Source: a virus (taxonomy: Duplodnaviria; Caudoviricetes). Taken from it: 52,602 nt of DNA. Below are positions 1-8,877 of the stretch, piece by piece. Where the stretch lies: positions 1 through 52,602 of the IMG/VR virus record IMGVR_UViG_3300032303_000869. One strand, 5' to 3'. Position 1 is the stretch's first letter, and every line of letters starts with the position of its first letter. The position numbers and the translations under genes are program-made. The notes under the pieces were generated by a model. The model ran no database searches. It was not told where the DNA came from and saw only the letters and a list, made by a program, of their open reading frames with translations.

Positions 1-1361
1 ACTCCACCAACAAATGTTGGAGTTTTAGATCCAACCAATGTTGCTCCACCTAGTTGAGTAGATGAAATTAAATCTGCTGACAATAGATCAGTATATGAAG
101 CGCCACTTGCAGCAATATCTGAGATTGGTTTACCTGAAGCATCTACTGCTTTCAAAGTAAGTTGAACCTTTTCTCCATTAATATAAGACGTTTTATCAAA
201 TGCTAAAGTAACAGATGACGCTACAGAATTTCCAATTGTAACAACTGCGCTAGTAGAAACTGTAGGACTTGTTGTAGCATTTGCAAATGTAATTGCAACA
301 TCTCCAGCAGCAACTCCGTTGATAGCAAAATATGCTACTCCACTAGTAGTTGTTGTTGAAGCAGAAACTGTTGCTACAGATGTAGATGCTGATGTAGCAT
401 AAACTGTAGTTCCATTAGATACTGGATTGCCATTTACATCTTTTACAGCAACTGCAACACCATAAGATGTTGAAGATCCATCAGTTCCGTTAGATCCAAC
501 ACGGTAGACTGAAAAACCTTTTGTTGAAGTATAAGTTGCAGCATCTCCAGCAAAAATAACTGTCTTAGTTGCTAAAACTGTAGATCCACTTGAAATTGTA
601 ATTGTTGATGTTCCTGATGTTCCATCTCCAAATACGTTTACAAAATATTGTCCAGCAGTTCCTGTAACAGCACGACCTTGTGAGGCTGCGTTGGCCTGTG
701 TTGTACCAAGACCAATCATTCCTGGACCAGCAACGGTAACTGTTAATGTTCCATTTGAAATAACATTATTGTTTCCATCTTTTGGCGCTACAAGAATATT
801 AGCAACTACATTTGCTGCTGCTGACTGTGCAGTCTTTGGAGCAACAATTGATACAGAATTAGTTGTTGCATCTGGTGCAGCAATCCCTGCTGCAGAATAA
901 ACTGTTGTATATAACTGAGATACCAATAAGGTACCAGAAGCCGTCCATGAAATTGTTTTAATTACTGGGGTTCCTGGAATTCCAGTACCAGCAGTAATTG
1001 GAGTAACAGTTACTGTAGATGTACCAGCAGTAGGGCTTGAAATAATAAGAGTTGAAACTCCTGCGCCTACGTTGCTAGTTGTAATTTGATAATAACCATT
1101 AACTGGCGTTAACAGGGTAGTGTTTGATCCTGCAGATGCAGATACAATTGAACCTACACCAGACAGGGTAACAGTTGCTACCGTGCTTGTGTCTGTATTA
1201 ATTGTAAGAGTTGCAAAACCACCAATAACCTGAACACCGTTTGTGGTGTCGTACATTGTTGTATTTACAATTGTCGGAGCAGCGTTTGCTGGCGTAGCGA
1301 CAAGTGTAGTGCTAGTCAAGGCTGCAGCGATGACAATAGCAATTTTCTTGAATGAATTCAT
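1..1361 (-). CDS. Secreted Thr/Ser/Ala/Gly/Val-rich S-layer/Ig-like (Big-type) surface protein, 3'-truncated by the window edge (>450 aa)
   Basis: Not in the ORF track; translated by hand. SD AGGAG precedes ATG at 1361. Begins MNSFKKIAIVIAAALTSTTLVATPANA|APTIV (Sec signal peptide with AxA cleavage site) and is open to position 1. Contains Ig-like motifs such as VAVKDVNGNPV and LKAVDASGKPI. Confidence 0.8.
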   Translation of the reverse strand, partial: MNSFKKIAIVIAAALTSTTLVATPANAAPTIVNTTMYDTTNGVQVIGGFATLTINTDTSTVATVTLSGVGSIVSASAGSNTTLLTPVNGYYQITTSNVGAGVSTLIISSPTAGTSTVTVTPITAGTGIPGTPVIKTISWTASGTLLVSQLYTTVYSAAGIAAPDATTNSVSIVAPKTAQSAAANVVANILVAPKDGNNNVISNGTLTVTVAGPGMIGLGTTQANAASQGRAVTGTAGQYFVNVFGDGTSGTSTITISSGSTVLATKTVIFAGDAATYTSTKGFSVYRVGSNGTDGSSTSYGVAVAVKDVNGNPVSNGTTVYATSASTSVATVSASTTTTSGVAYFAINGVAAGDVAITFANATTSPTVSTSAVVTIGNSVASSVTLAFDKTSYINGEKVQLTLKAVDASGKPISDIAASGASYTDLLSADLISSTQLGGATLVGSKTPTFVGG

Positions 1362-1377
1362 TTTTCTCCTTGTTTGA

Positions 1378-3162
1378 TTATATTAAGTTAAAGTTATCTA
1401 AAAAACCCTTAACGTCGTCAGGAATTTCTCGATTACTCAATTCTACCATACGTTGCTGTTTCTCTGCAAGTCGAGTTGCAGAACTCCAAGTATGGACATC
1501 TATCTCTGTATTATTAGTCTTTGCTGTGTGGGATATTGCTCCAAATACCGCCCCACAAACAGCATCGGCTAAATCTTTTGATTTTTTTCGTGGGTGATCA
1601 ACCCTATTGCCTTTCATTATTTTTAATTCTGACATTTCTTCAAGTAAAATTGGAATCATAGGAATGGCAACACGCTCTTCATAAATCATCATTGCTAAAT
1701 CTTCATAATGTTTTTTAGCAACCGATACAGTTTCTGTTCTAATTCCAACAGCCTGCAATTCATTTTGAATATCAAAAGATTGCCAACGGTCAAATGAAAC
1801 CATACCGATATTAAATCCTTCTCTACGAAGATTTATAATCCATTGTTTCACTTCTGATAAATTAACTGGTCCTTCTGCTCTTGGTTCCCACCAGGCAACA
1901 GCATCAACAATAACAATCGGGGCAACCTGTTCATAATCTTTAATAACTTGAATGTTTACCCATTTATCTACGTGAGCAATAGCAACAGCACATTTATCGT
2001 GTTTTTGTGCAAGGTCAGCATGAATATAATATATTTTATCTGGATTTGGTTTAAAAGTTTCATCAAATCTTCTAAAATTATCTAATGGATTTCTTGTATT
2101 CATACATTTTTCTAATTTTTCTTTTTGTTTAAAAAATGCATCAGAAGCAAATGTTGGAACACAAGCAAAACGCATCATAGCATCACCAAGATCTGTATAA
2201 AATGCTAACTTAAAATCATCAATTTTTCTTGTTGGATTTACTTCCCATGTAGGTCTTTTAAGTGCTAGAACTCTTGGGACCTTATAAGAAATAATATGAT
2301 CTTCTTCCCAAACAATTTCAAATTGATTACTAGGATTATCATGAGGTAAGTCTTCATTCATAATAAAGGTATGTCTTTTATCAATAATTTCTTTTTCCAT
2401 AATTACATCATCATATCTTTTTGAAATAAAGTCACCTTGATAACGAGGGAATGAAAGAAGAACAACTTTGCCTAAATCTGGAAAACGAGAATCTACAGAT
2501 CCACGAAATGCTTTATAAATATTTTCTGCAGTTTTACCCTGTTCATTACCAGTACCAACTTCAGATGCAAAACCAGAAATTTCATCAAGTACTGCAAGCA
2601 ATAAGTTTAAACCTTCGTGAGATTCTCTTTCTGAGTGGCCAGAATAGACGGTAATTGATTTATCAAACTCAATGCTGTCAGCCTTTGCATTATACTTACC
2701 TGCAAACCATGGAGATTTTTCTATCTTAGTTTTAAAACCTTTAAAAAATACATTCTTTGCTTGTTGTGCGTTAATAGCAACGTTAATTAAATCTATTGCA
2801 TCACCAGAAGGTTTGCCAAAATATCTTGCTGGATCTTTAAGACATAAAAGTTTATATACTATATATGCACATGCTACTGTTGATACAAAGTCTTTTCCAG
2901 ATCCTTTGCCAAGTTGAAGGATAATCTCATTTTTAGTGTATTTATCGTAATACCTTGCTCCTTCTGGTGATCCATAAAGTTCTTGCAAATCTTCTTTTTT
3001 ATATATCTGACTCATTGCTTCTACTATGTCATACTGAATTACTGACAAAGTTGGCTGACCAAGATAATCAGATGACTCCACAAATGTTTTAACATCTACT
3101 GGTTTTTCATTAAATTGATTTTCTTTTAATACGTCTAAAAAATCATTAAACATCTTGGACAA
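1378..3162 (-). CDS. terL: Terminase large subunit
   Basis: 594 aa; Walker A LGKGSGKD, Walker B LLAVLDE, C-terminal RNase H-like nuclease motifs (HADLA...D, SFDRWQS, DHP...SKDLADA). Confidence 0.93.
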   Translation of the reverse strand: MSKMFNDFLDVLKENQFNEKPVDVKTFVESSDYLGQPTLSVIQYDIVEAMSQIYKKEDLQELYGSPEGARYYDKYTKNEIILQLGKGSGKDFVSTVACAYIVYKLLCLKDPARYFGKPSGDAIDLINVAINAQQAKNVFFKGFKTKIEKSPWFAGKYNAKADSIEFDKSITVYSGHSERESHEGLNLLLAVLDEISGFASEVGTGNEQGKTAENIYKAFRGSVDSRFPDLGKVVLLSFPRYQGDFISKRYDDVIMEKEIIDKRHTFIMNEDLPHDNPSNQFEIVWEEDHIISYKVPRVLALKRPTWEVNPTRKIDDFKLAFYTDLGDAMMRFACVPTFASDAFFKQKEKLEKCMNTRNPLDNFRRFDETFKPNPDKIYYIHADLAQKHDKCAVAIAHVDKWVNIQVIKDYEQVAPIVIVDAVAWWEPRAEGPVNLSEVKQWIINLRREGFNIGMVSFDRWQSFDIQNELQAVGIRTETVSVAKKHYEDLAMMIYEERVAIPMIPILLEEMSELKIMKGNRVDHPRKKSKDLADAVCGAVFGAISHTAKTNNTEIDVHTWSSATRLAEKQQRMVELSNREIPDDVKGFLDNFNLI

Positions 3163-3679
3163 TTGTAATCACTTCGCCTTCTTTTGCAATTTGTGAAAGT
3201 CTATGCATAATTAAATCACGAACCTCTGGATGTGTAGAAGCAATCTCTCTAAGTATTTCAACAAGGACTTCTTGTCGTTTTTCAATTTGAATCATCTCTT
3301 CAGCAAGTTCTTTATTTTCTAATAAGCCAGCCTTTTGAAGCATTTCAATTCTAGATTTTTCAATATCCATAACAAGTTTAATGGCCTGAGTTTTTGCACT
3401 AAGGTTATTAGTCATACTTGATTCATCAATTACCTCATAAGCCTTTGTGATAAGTTTAGTGTAATGAGTATCTGCTCCAGCAAGGGCTTCTTTAGCACGA
3501 GCACGAATCGCATCATTTGCAGATGCCATAACTTTCCACTCATTGATCAATGCAACAACACGAGTACGTGGAATCTCTAACTCTTTAGAAATTTTTGTTG
3601 GATCTTGACCTTTAAGATATTCTGTAACTACCTTGTTAACTTCATCAAGATGCTCAATTAATTCTGTTTCAGTTGACAT
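3146..3679 (-). CDS. terS: Probable terminase small subunit
   Basis: 177 aa; N-terminal HTH (PTKISKELEIPRTRV) plus coiled coil; directly upstream of and overlapping terL. Confidence 0.65.
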   Translation of the reverse strand: MSTETELIEHLDEVNKVVTEYLKGQDPTKISKELEIPRTRVVALINEWKVMASANDAIRARAKEALAGADTHYTKLITKAYEVIDESSMTNNLSAKTQAIKLVMDIEKSRIEMLQKAGLLENKELAEEMIQIEKRQEVLVEILREIASTHPEVRDLIMHRLSQIAKEGEVITIVQDV

Positions 3680-4004
3680 TTTTTTCCTTTGCTATTTTAA
3701 GCAATACTAAATATCCAATAAGATCATCTATGTCATTATCTCCAACATAATCTGTACCTTTCATAAGTCTACTTAATTTATCATCAATTCTTACTCTAAG
3801 TTGTTCTACTGCATCTGCCTTGCTAAAAATTCTAACAGGATCTAAAGCGGAATCTCCGTATGCAATATTTTTATCAATAAGCATTTGTGCAATTCTATGG
3901 CATGTTGACCAAATGTAACTACCAGATGGGGCACTAATAGAGTGAAGGTATAAATCTTCACATTTAAAATTTTCTACATCTTTATATACTGGTTTTAATT
4001 TCAT
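3669..4004 (-). CDS. Nucleotide modification-associated domain 1 (DUF1599/Nmad1-like) protein
   Basis: Motifs KNIAYGDSA, RVRIDDKLSRL and DDLIGYLVL. Start moved to ATG at 4004, which forms an ATGA overlap with the upstream stop. Confidence 0.7.
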   Translation of the reverse strand: MKLKPVYKDVENFKCEDLYLHSISAPSGSYIWSTCHRIAQMLIDKNIAYGDSALDPVRIFSKADAVEQLRVRIDDKLSRLMKGTDYVGDNDIDDLIGYLVLLKIAKEKNVN

Positions 4005-4156
4005 CTTTTTGATTTCCTTAACCCAAATTTTGCAAGGTATACATAGATTGTTTCTATGCTTGCCCCACATTCTTTAGCAATATCTTGTGGAGATTTTTTA
4101 TCTATAAGATATCTCTTACGAAGCCAAACCTCGCTTGTATACAGTTTACCAGCCAT
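4001..4156 (-). CDS. Small HTH DNA-binding protein
   Basis: MAGKLYTSEVWLRKRY...SPQDIAKECGASIETIYVYLAKFGL; HTH pattern. Start reassigned to 4156. Confidence 0.65.
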   Translation of the reverse strand: MAGKLYTSEVWLRKRYLIDKKSPQDIAKECGASIETIYVYLAKFGLRKSKR

Positions 4157-4160
4157 AATA

Positions 4161-4805
4161 TTATTTGTCAACTTCTGCTTCAGAAATGTCATAGTCGTAT
4201 GCGTTTGAGTCTTCTAAAACCCATTTATCGTAACTCTCAACATCCCATTTGTTTGTATTTATAAGTCTTTGTATTACTAGATCTTTTTTTGTTACAAATG
4301 ATGGTTCATTTAATCTAATGCGGTTATTAGGCTGTACCGCAAAATTTCCATCATCCCTTTGAATAACATGACCACATTTATGTTGACCTGGGCTTTCTGA
4401 ATAACCATCATCTAATATATTACTTTCTGGATTATGCCAATCTAAAGTAAATAAATATTTTCCACTAATGTTATTTTTATTTCTATCTATGTATGACATT
4501 TTCATGTTGCTTAAGTTTTCAAACTTTGTAACTGCTATGTGTGGACTAAAAGAATTCCAAAGTACAAGGTTATAGATTGGTTCTTCAGGAACCCCTGGTT
4601 TTGTGCAAAATGCATTGATTGGCATTCTCCACCAAATTCCCCCGTCTTCCATTAAAAAATGAAATAAAGGACTTCTGCTTTTAATACTAGACACACCAAA
4701 AATTACACATGGAAAATATTTATCATGACTATCTTCTTGATCTCTTAAAAAATTACCACGGACATAGCACTCAATTGGTGGTATGTTTGCATTTAACTCT
4801 GGCAT
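4161..4805 (-). CDS. Hypothetical phage protein (214 aa)
   Basis: Long ORF coupled to its neighbours; contains QHKCGHV and QPNNR motifs; function not recognised. Confidence 0.75.
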   Translation of the reverse strand: MPELNANIPPIECYVRGNFLRDQEDSHDKYFPCVIFGVSSIKSRSPLFHFLMEDGGIWWRMPINAFCTKPGVPEEPIYNLVLWNSFSPHIAVTKFENLSNMKMSYIDRNKNNISGKYLFTLDWHNPESNILDDGYSESPGQHKCGHVIQRDDGNFAVQPNNRIRLNEPSFVTKKDLVIQRLINTNKWDVESYDKWVLEDSNAYDYDISEAEVDK

Positions 4806-5395
4806 TATTCTGTTCCCCCTATTGCTTTATTCCAATTATTAATAGCCCAATGGCCGATGCCACAAGCATCAGCAACGTCATTATCGTTAACGATTTTATT
4901 ATATTTAATTTCAATTAATTTTATTGTCCTTTCTTTTCTTATCTGCCGTTCAAATGTTTTATACCAAGAAATCGATTTTCCAGGGTTTGTGAGTCTAATT
5001 TTTAATTGCTCTTCTTTGTTTAATTTTTTATTTCCTAAATAGTTTTGCCAAGTAATTGGGGCTACTGTTCCTATTTGTTTTGTTCCAGTTAAACCCGCGG
5101 CGCCAAGTAGTGCACCCTGAACTAATGCAAGATCTGCAGCAGTTTTAGGACTATTCATAAAGACTGTATGTTCAATTACTATTGCTTCAAATCCACCAGA
5201 GTATTCAAAAAATGCTTTTGTTTTAGCACAAGCATCCATTACTTTTTCATAATTTGTATTACCTTCAAATTTTATTTTTCCAATAGTGCCAAGTTTTTTG
5301 TTTTCAAACAATGCAAAAGCAAGACTGTTAGTACTAGCATCAATAGCACAAATAGTTTTAGGTAAAGATTCTATGCCCCATTTATTCTTGTTCAT
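4805..5395 (-). CDS. RuvC-like Holliday junction resolvase
   Basis: RNase H-fold acidic motifs AIDAST, VIEH, DNDVADA. Likely start MNKNK at 5395. Confidence 0.8.
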   Translation of the reverse strand: MNKNKWGIESLPKTICAIDASTNSLAFALFENKKLGTIGKIKFEGNTNYEKVMDACAKTKAFFEYSGGFEAIVIEHTVFMNSPKTAADLALVQGALLGAAGLTGTKQIGTVAPITWQNYLGNKKLNKEEQLKIRLTNPGKSISWYKTFERQIRKERTIKLIEIKYNKIVNDNDVADACGIGHWAINNWNKAIGGTE

Positions 5396-5672
5396 AATCA
5401 AAAAATCCTTTTATTTTCTTTAGCATTTTTAATGTTTCTTTTTTGCTTATATTGCAATTAGAACAAAATCCAGAATCATTATAAATAGAAAGTTGTTGAT
5501 TACATCCACCTAAACATTTTCTAACTTTTCCAATTCTTTTTTGTCTACGAATTTTATTATATTTTTCTAAAATTTTAACCTTTGTAGCAGATGCTCGACA
5601 CTCTTCTCCGCAGTAAATTTGATAACTTACTTTAGGATTAAACTGTTTGTCGCATTTGTCACAAAGTTTCAC
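5382..5672 (-). CDS. Cys-rich zinc-finger protein
   Basis: CxxC...YCxxxC and CxxxC...FCxxC motifs. Confidence 0.65.
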   Translation of the reverse strand: MKLCDKCDKQFNPKVSYQIYCGEECRASATKVKILEKYNKIRRQKRIGKVRKCLGGCNQQLSIYNDSGFCSNCNISKKETLKMLKKIKGFFDYEQE

Positions 5673-6504
5673 TTAATTCCTCAAGAGGTTTAATTTTTAA
5701 AACCCCTACTTCTGCCTCTGCACAGGCTTTTTGGATAGGACAAACTTTACAGATTTTTGAGTTTGCTCTATATGTTTTTACTGGAATATCTCTATCTGTC
5801 CAAGCCTTACGAACTTGTTTCATCCAGTCAAATGCATAGTCAATCCAGTTGCGATATTCTTCATTAACTCGTACTGGTAAGGTTAATAACTCATGATTGT
5901 TTTTATTTTCATAAATTAAAACACCCTTATCTTTTTTTAATACTTTCATGTACATTAATAACTGCATAAGGTGTTTGCCTTTTGCTTTTCTATTTGCCTT
6001 CTTATATTCAAATCCATCGTTTGGCATTGTTTTAATTTCACCAAGGATTGATTCACCTCTATAGTCAAGCATTACATCTCCATAGCCAAAGATAGGAGGA
6101 TCATCTACTTTAATTGTAAACTCTAATGCTGGATGTTTTTGTTTGCCATATTTACGGTCTGTTTCAAATTCCATATTTTTATCTAAGATGTCTGCTTTAA
6201 TCATTGCGTCTTGAATTCGGTCATGACTTAAAGAACCACTTGTTCTATTTGCTACACCATATGGATCAGCGTTATCATAAAACACTGCGCCGTCAAAAGC
6301 AAGATACCAAAACCTTGCACATTCTCCAGCACCATAAGTAAGTGTTGATGGGGAAAAAGAATACTTTTTAGTAAACTTTGGTTTAATATCTGCTATATAT
6401 CCTTGCTGAATTGCATCAACTAAGCCTTCTGTATACCCAATATCTTCGTTATGTTTTGGTTCGTCAGATTTAATCATGATTTGTTTTAATAAATTTTTAG
6501 TCAT
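5659..6504 (-). CDS. Cas4-like PD-(D/E)XK exonuclease with Fe-S cluster
   Basis: GYGD...GEIKT nuclease motif, QLLMY, one N-terminal Cys (ECAR) plus C-terminal CKVCPIQKAC. Confidence 0.85.
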   Translation of the reverse strand: MTKNLLKQIMIKSDEPKHNEDIGYTEGLVDAIQQGYIADIKPKFTKKYSFSPSTLTYGAGECARFWYLAFDGAVFYDNADPYGVANRTSGSLSHDRIQDAMIKADILDKNMEFETDRKYGKQKHPALEFTIKVDDPPIFGYGDVMLDYRGESILGEIKTMPNDGFEYKKANRKAKGKHLMQLLMYMKVLKKDKGVLIYENKNNHELLTLPVRVNEEYRNWIDYAFDWMKQVRKAWTDRDIPVKTYRANSKICKVCPIQKACAEAEVGVLKIKPLEELSETL

Positions 6505-6524
6505 TTTTATCCTTTGTTTATGTA

Positions 6525-6533
6525 AGTATACCA
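6525..6533 (-). promoter_or_regulatory. Extended -10 promoter
   Basis: TGGTATACT in the intergenic gap upstream of the Cas4-like gene. Confidence 0.6.
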
Positions 6534-6535
6534 GA

Positions 6536-6841
6536 TTAGCGAATTATGTACTTGAGTGCTGACACTAAATTGTTAATTGATTCTGCTGCCGTGAAATATA
6601 TGTTTTTCTTTGCTCTATCACTTTTATCGACATTAGCCATCCAGGTTGCCTTAAATGACATCTTTGCTGCAATAGCCTGTAATCTAACAATTTCTACAGT
6701 AGCAACATTAAGTGGTATATCTGGTTTAATAATTAATTTAGCAATTATTGTTAAAGCAGTTGTTAACTCTTCGTCTTGCATATAGTCAGCAATTTCAGTT
6801 AAACCATTAACCATATCTATAGTTGTCTGTTGTTGTTCCAT
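6536..6841 (-). CDS. Hypothetical helical protein (101 aa)
   Basis: ORF within the recombination operon; TAATG coupling to the upstream gene. Confidence 0.7.
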   Translation of the reverse strand: MEQQQTTIDMVNGLTEIADYMQDEELTTALTIIAKLIIKPDIPLNVATVEIVRLQAIAAKMSFKATWMANVDKSDRAKKNIYFTAAESINNLVSALKYIIR

Positions 6842-7395
6842 TATTTTATCCTATCAAATCGTATAAGTAAAACCTTGACAAATTCACCTTTATTAAAAAT
6901 AACTCTTGGTCTTGAATGATATTGATCTAATCCATTAAATATTAACATAGAATTTTTAGGCATTGAATATTTAACATTATTAATCATCATAGGCCAATCA
7001 ATATTACAATCAAGTTGATAATCAACAATAATATGTTCTTGTGGACCTGGAGCATCTTTATGTTCTGGAAGTTTAGGATTTCCATATTTTAAATCATACT
7101 CTGCATATGATGTAGAATCTTTATAAATATATTGACTAAAACCATTTTCTTTAAGAGAATTTGAAAAAGATTCAATAATATCATCATCTAAATCAAAACA
7201 ATGTATCATTAATCTTCCTGTAAATTTATTAACAAGTTTAGTTAATATTGTTTTATCTCCATACTTATCAAAATCTCCATCAAATGTTGGTAGTTCTAAT
7301 ATATATTTTGATACCTTTTGATTAATTCTTTTAATTTGCTCTTCTGATAAAATATTTTCAATAACAATGTTATTTATTAATTTATTATTTTCCAT
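6841..7395 (-). CDS. 2OG-Fe(II) oxygenase-like protein, paralog of 51039-51614
   Basis: HxD...H triad (EHKD...YHSR); markedly AT-rich; likely start MENNK at 7395, 6 nt after TATAAT. Confidence 0.65.
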   Translation of the reverse strand: MENNKLINNIVIENILSEEQIKRINQKVSKYILELPTFDGDFDKYGDKTILTKLVNKFTGRLMIHCFDLDDDIIESFSNSLKENGFSQYIYKDSTSYAEYDLKYGNPKLPEHKDAPGPQEHIIVDYQLDCNIDWPMMINNVKYSMPKNSMLIFNGLDQYHSRPRVIFNKGEFVKVLLIRFDRIK

Positions 7396-7402
7396 AATTT
7401 TA

Positions 7403-7693
7403 TTATACACCATCCACTAATTGTTCCAGCATATTCATTTCAATTATAGCAAGTCTTACTTTTGTGTTACCTTCTCCAAGAATTACAACAATGGCTGGAG
7501 ATTTATCTCTGCCTGCTTGAATAGAATCAGTAACAGCCTTAGCCCATACATGTTTATTTAATGTAAAAGATTTATTTGCTTCTTTAAAATCAACAACAAA
7601 ATTTTTCCAAGTTGCATCACCTTTTTGAGTATTCCGACCAGAATTTTTATGTTGTTTTGCGCCAATTCTTTTAGATTCACTTTTTTCACTCAT
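7403..7693 (-). CDS. Small PD-(D/E)XK endonuclease, Holliday junction resolvase-like
   Basis: KNSGR...KGDA...VVDFKE motif. Confidence 0.65.
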   Translation of the reverse strand: MSEKSESKRIGAKQHKNSGRNTQKGDATWKNFVVDFKEANKSFTLNKHVWAKAVTDSIQAGRDKSPAIVVILGEGNTKVRLAIIEMNMLEQLVDGV

Positions 7694-7871
7694 TTATAAA
7701 ATCTCTTTTCTTTCTTTTAGGTGGCAATAATAAAACTTTAGATATATGTTTTTTAGAACACATCCAAGTTGCCTCACCAGTTTCTCTCCAATATCTTAAA
7801 GATATTGCAATTTCTTGACAAGTTTTACACGGCCACTTTCCAGGATATACAGTAAACTTTGGCTCAAGCAT
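7686..7871 (-). CDS. Small zinc-ribbon protein
   Basis: CxxC...CxxxH; overlaps both neighbouring genes. Confidence 0.6.
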   Translation of the reverse strand: MLEPKFTVYPGKWPCKTCQEIAISLRYWRETGEATWMCSKKHISKVLLLPPKRKKRDFINE

Positions 7872-8877
7872 TAATTATTTTTGCCTTAAGTTGTTCTTGC
7901 AAATTTAAATCTTCTTTAACACGATTTATAAAACCATCACGCCCTTGTACTTTTGTTCCATCATCTAATTGATACCATGCGCCAGTTCTATTTAATAAAC
8001 CAATAGATTCTGCAGTATCAACTAAATCTCCAATAGCATCAATACCAATATGATCACCACGGAAATAAAAATCATATTCGCCAGATTGGAATCCTGGAGA
8101 TGTTTTTGAAAATTGAAGTTCCCAACGAATCTTACGACCAGTTTTTTCTTCAATCAATTTATCTCCTATTTTAATTTTTCCTTTAATCGCTTGATTATCA
8201 GATTCAGAACTGAATAATTTAATAACACAGGATGAATAAAATTTAGTAGCCTGACCACCAGAAGGTTGCTGGCTTGTATACATTGCATTAATATTATTTC
8301 TTGATTGTGAAATAAGTACAAGAAGTGTAGGCTTTACTTTATTGTTAGCATAGTTAAGCATTTTCCAGGCATTGCTAAAGTCTCTAGATTCTGCACCTAT
8401 TTGCTTTGTATTTTCAAGTGCCTTCATTTCGTCTGTATCTTTTTCAAAGTATATAGCAGGTAGCATTGAAGTAATAGAGTCAACGACAATAAGATCAACT
8501 CCAGCATTCATAAGTCCAACACCAACATCCACCATATCACTAATAGTTCTTGCTTGTGAGTAAATTAATTTTGTTGGATCTACCCCTAGTTGCTTAGCCC
8601 AATCTTCTGAATAAGACATCTCAGAATCAATCCATGCACAAACTTTGCCCTCTGCTTGCGCTAAAGCAATCATTTGCAAGCACATGGAGGATTTAGCAGA
8701 AGACTTACTACCCCATATAAGAACTTGCCTTCCATATGGCAGTCCACCCCCTAGGGCACGATTTAAACCAAAACTTGGAGTTGGCTGATACTCAAAAGTA
8801 ATACCTTCTCCTGTACCAAGACGCTTTCTAATTCTTGGGTCTAACTGTGATAATACATCTTCTACACTAACTGACAT
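7864..8877 (-). CDS. recA: RecA-like recombinase
   Basis: LNRALGGGLPYGR, Walker A variant GSKSSAKSS, IVVDS, SGGQATKFYSS, GAWY. Confidence 0.93.
   Translation of the reverse strand: MSVSVEDVLSQLDPRIRKRLGTGEGITFEYQPTPSFGLNRALGGGLPYGRQVLIWGSKSSAKSSMCLQMIALAQAEGKVCAWIDSEMSYSEDWAKQLGVDPTKLIYSQARTISDMVDVGVGLMNAGVDLIVVDSITSMLPAIYFEKDTDEMKALENTKQIGAESRDFSNAWKMLNYANNKVKPTLLVLISQSRNNINAMYTSQQPSGGQATKFYSSCVIKLFSSESDNQAIKGKIKIGDKLIEEKTGRKIRWELQFSKTSPGFQSGEYDFYFRGDHIGIDAIGDLVDTAESIGLLNRTGAWYQLDDGTKVQGRDGFINRVKEDLNLQEQLKAKIINA

Noticed and set aside
1352-1361. Palindrome ATGAATTCAT giving back-to-back start codons
   Set aside because: It arises from the Met-Asn-Ser codons; the plus-strand ORF is antisense to terL and lacks an SD.
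5659-6504. Cas4-like gene as a CRISPR-Cas system
   Set aside because: No cas1/cas2 or array is present; solo Cas4-like exonucleases are common in phage recombination modules.
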